DNA from: Phyllosticta citribraziliensis
Lineage: Eukaryota
Direction of reading: 5' to 3'
Assembly: GCF_038025025.1 (NCBI RefSeq)
Contig: NW_027117347.1
Coordinates: 1,550,001 to 1,614,000, forward strand
Length of the DNA stretch: 64,000 bases
In this document: one piece after another, positions 63,382 to 64,000 of the stretch
How positions within the stretch are numbered: position 1 is the stretch's first letter
Layout: each line of letters opens with the position of its first letter
Notes under the pieces: model-generated
The model's input: the letters and a program-made list of their open reading frames with translations, nothing else
The model's database searches: none
What the model was told of the DNA's origin: nothing
Program-made: the position numbers and the translations under genes

Positions 63382-64000
63382 ATGGCGGACCAAGACCTGG
63401 CCACCAAGGCGCCCGAGGTTGACGCGCAGGAGGACTCTGAGCAGCCCCAGCCCTCCATGACTGTGAGATTCTCAAAAGCCCCATGCCGGCAATGGCTAAC
63501 GCAGCTCAGGAACATTGCACTAGTGATCGGCCGACTCGTACGTTGAGGCCCTCGCAAAATGCATTGACAAGTGCTAACAAAGTGACAGCCGCCGGAGAGG
63601 TCCCCACGGGCGTACGCTTGATCCGCCCTTGATTGCTGTCCAAAACTTACGTGCAGTAGGAACTCACCAAGCTCAATGGCGTTGACGTAAGTTGCAACAT
63701 CTGAACTCTCGACCTTGCTAATGGGTACAGGTCTACATTGCAAAGCCCAGCGATTACCCTCATGCCCCGTCCAAGCTGCTGCTGCTCCTCACCGGTGGCA
63801 CCGGCCTCAAGTCGACAAACAACCAATTGCAGGCGGACAAGTTTGCCCGAGAAGGCTACTTGGTGGTCATGCCCGATCAGTGAGTCCTGACGTTCGGACA
63901 AAGGACGAGGCCGGATGGCGAAAGTCGTGGCACATTCAGTGCAGTCCGGCGAGTTGGAGCTTAAATGCTCCCTGTCTGCTGCCCTACTCGCAGCGTGCGC
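63382..64000 (+). CDS. Dienelactone hydrolase family protein, 5' part only (runs off the window)
   Basis: MADQDLATK...|EHCTSDRPT|PAGEVPTG|ELTKLNGVD|VYIAKPSDYPHAPSKLLLLLTGGTGLKSTNNQLQADKFAREGYLVVMPDQ. Confidence 0.8.

Noticed and set aside
1..64000. Transposons, tRNA/rRNA/snoRNA genes and a TPP riboswitch
   Set aside because: No transposase or RT motifs, terminal repeats or recognisable RNA consensus seen by eye. An Infernal/tRNAscan run would be needed to exclude small RNAs.

Overview
A GC-rich, intron-containing, gene-dense segment of a filamentous ascomycete genome. It is probably a Dothideomycete; this is inferred from the gene families, the short GT-AG introns with CTRAC branch points and the abundant simple repeats. 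About 22 protein-coding genes can be supported: SSADH and an SDR (divergent pair), cullin-3, Zim17, a DENND6-like protein, Vac14, a WW-domain acidic repeat protein, a secreted Ser/Thr-rich protein, a Kid/KIF22-like kinesin, Prp6, a DIM-2-type DNA methyltransferase, fimbrin, a fucose-permease-like MFS transporter, a GH128 glucanase, an Aa_trans permease, an FlbE-like regulator, an FLC/TRP-like channel, RPA70, a partial dienelactone hydrolase and two uncharacterised ORFs. I saw no transposons, RNA genes or RIP-like AT-rich blocks. The most notable observation is that the dim-2 gene is broken by a +1 frameshift in an A7 run, which removes methyltransferase motifs IX and X; this is either a real allele or an assembly error. 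Its promoter also carries a dense MCB (ACGCGT) cluster like the one upstream of RFA1. Two GC-AG introns and a micro-exon series are also visible. I found no clearly novel multi-gene system. All family calls come from motif recognition by eye, not from database searches.
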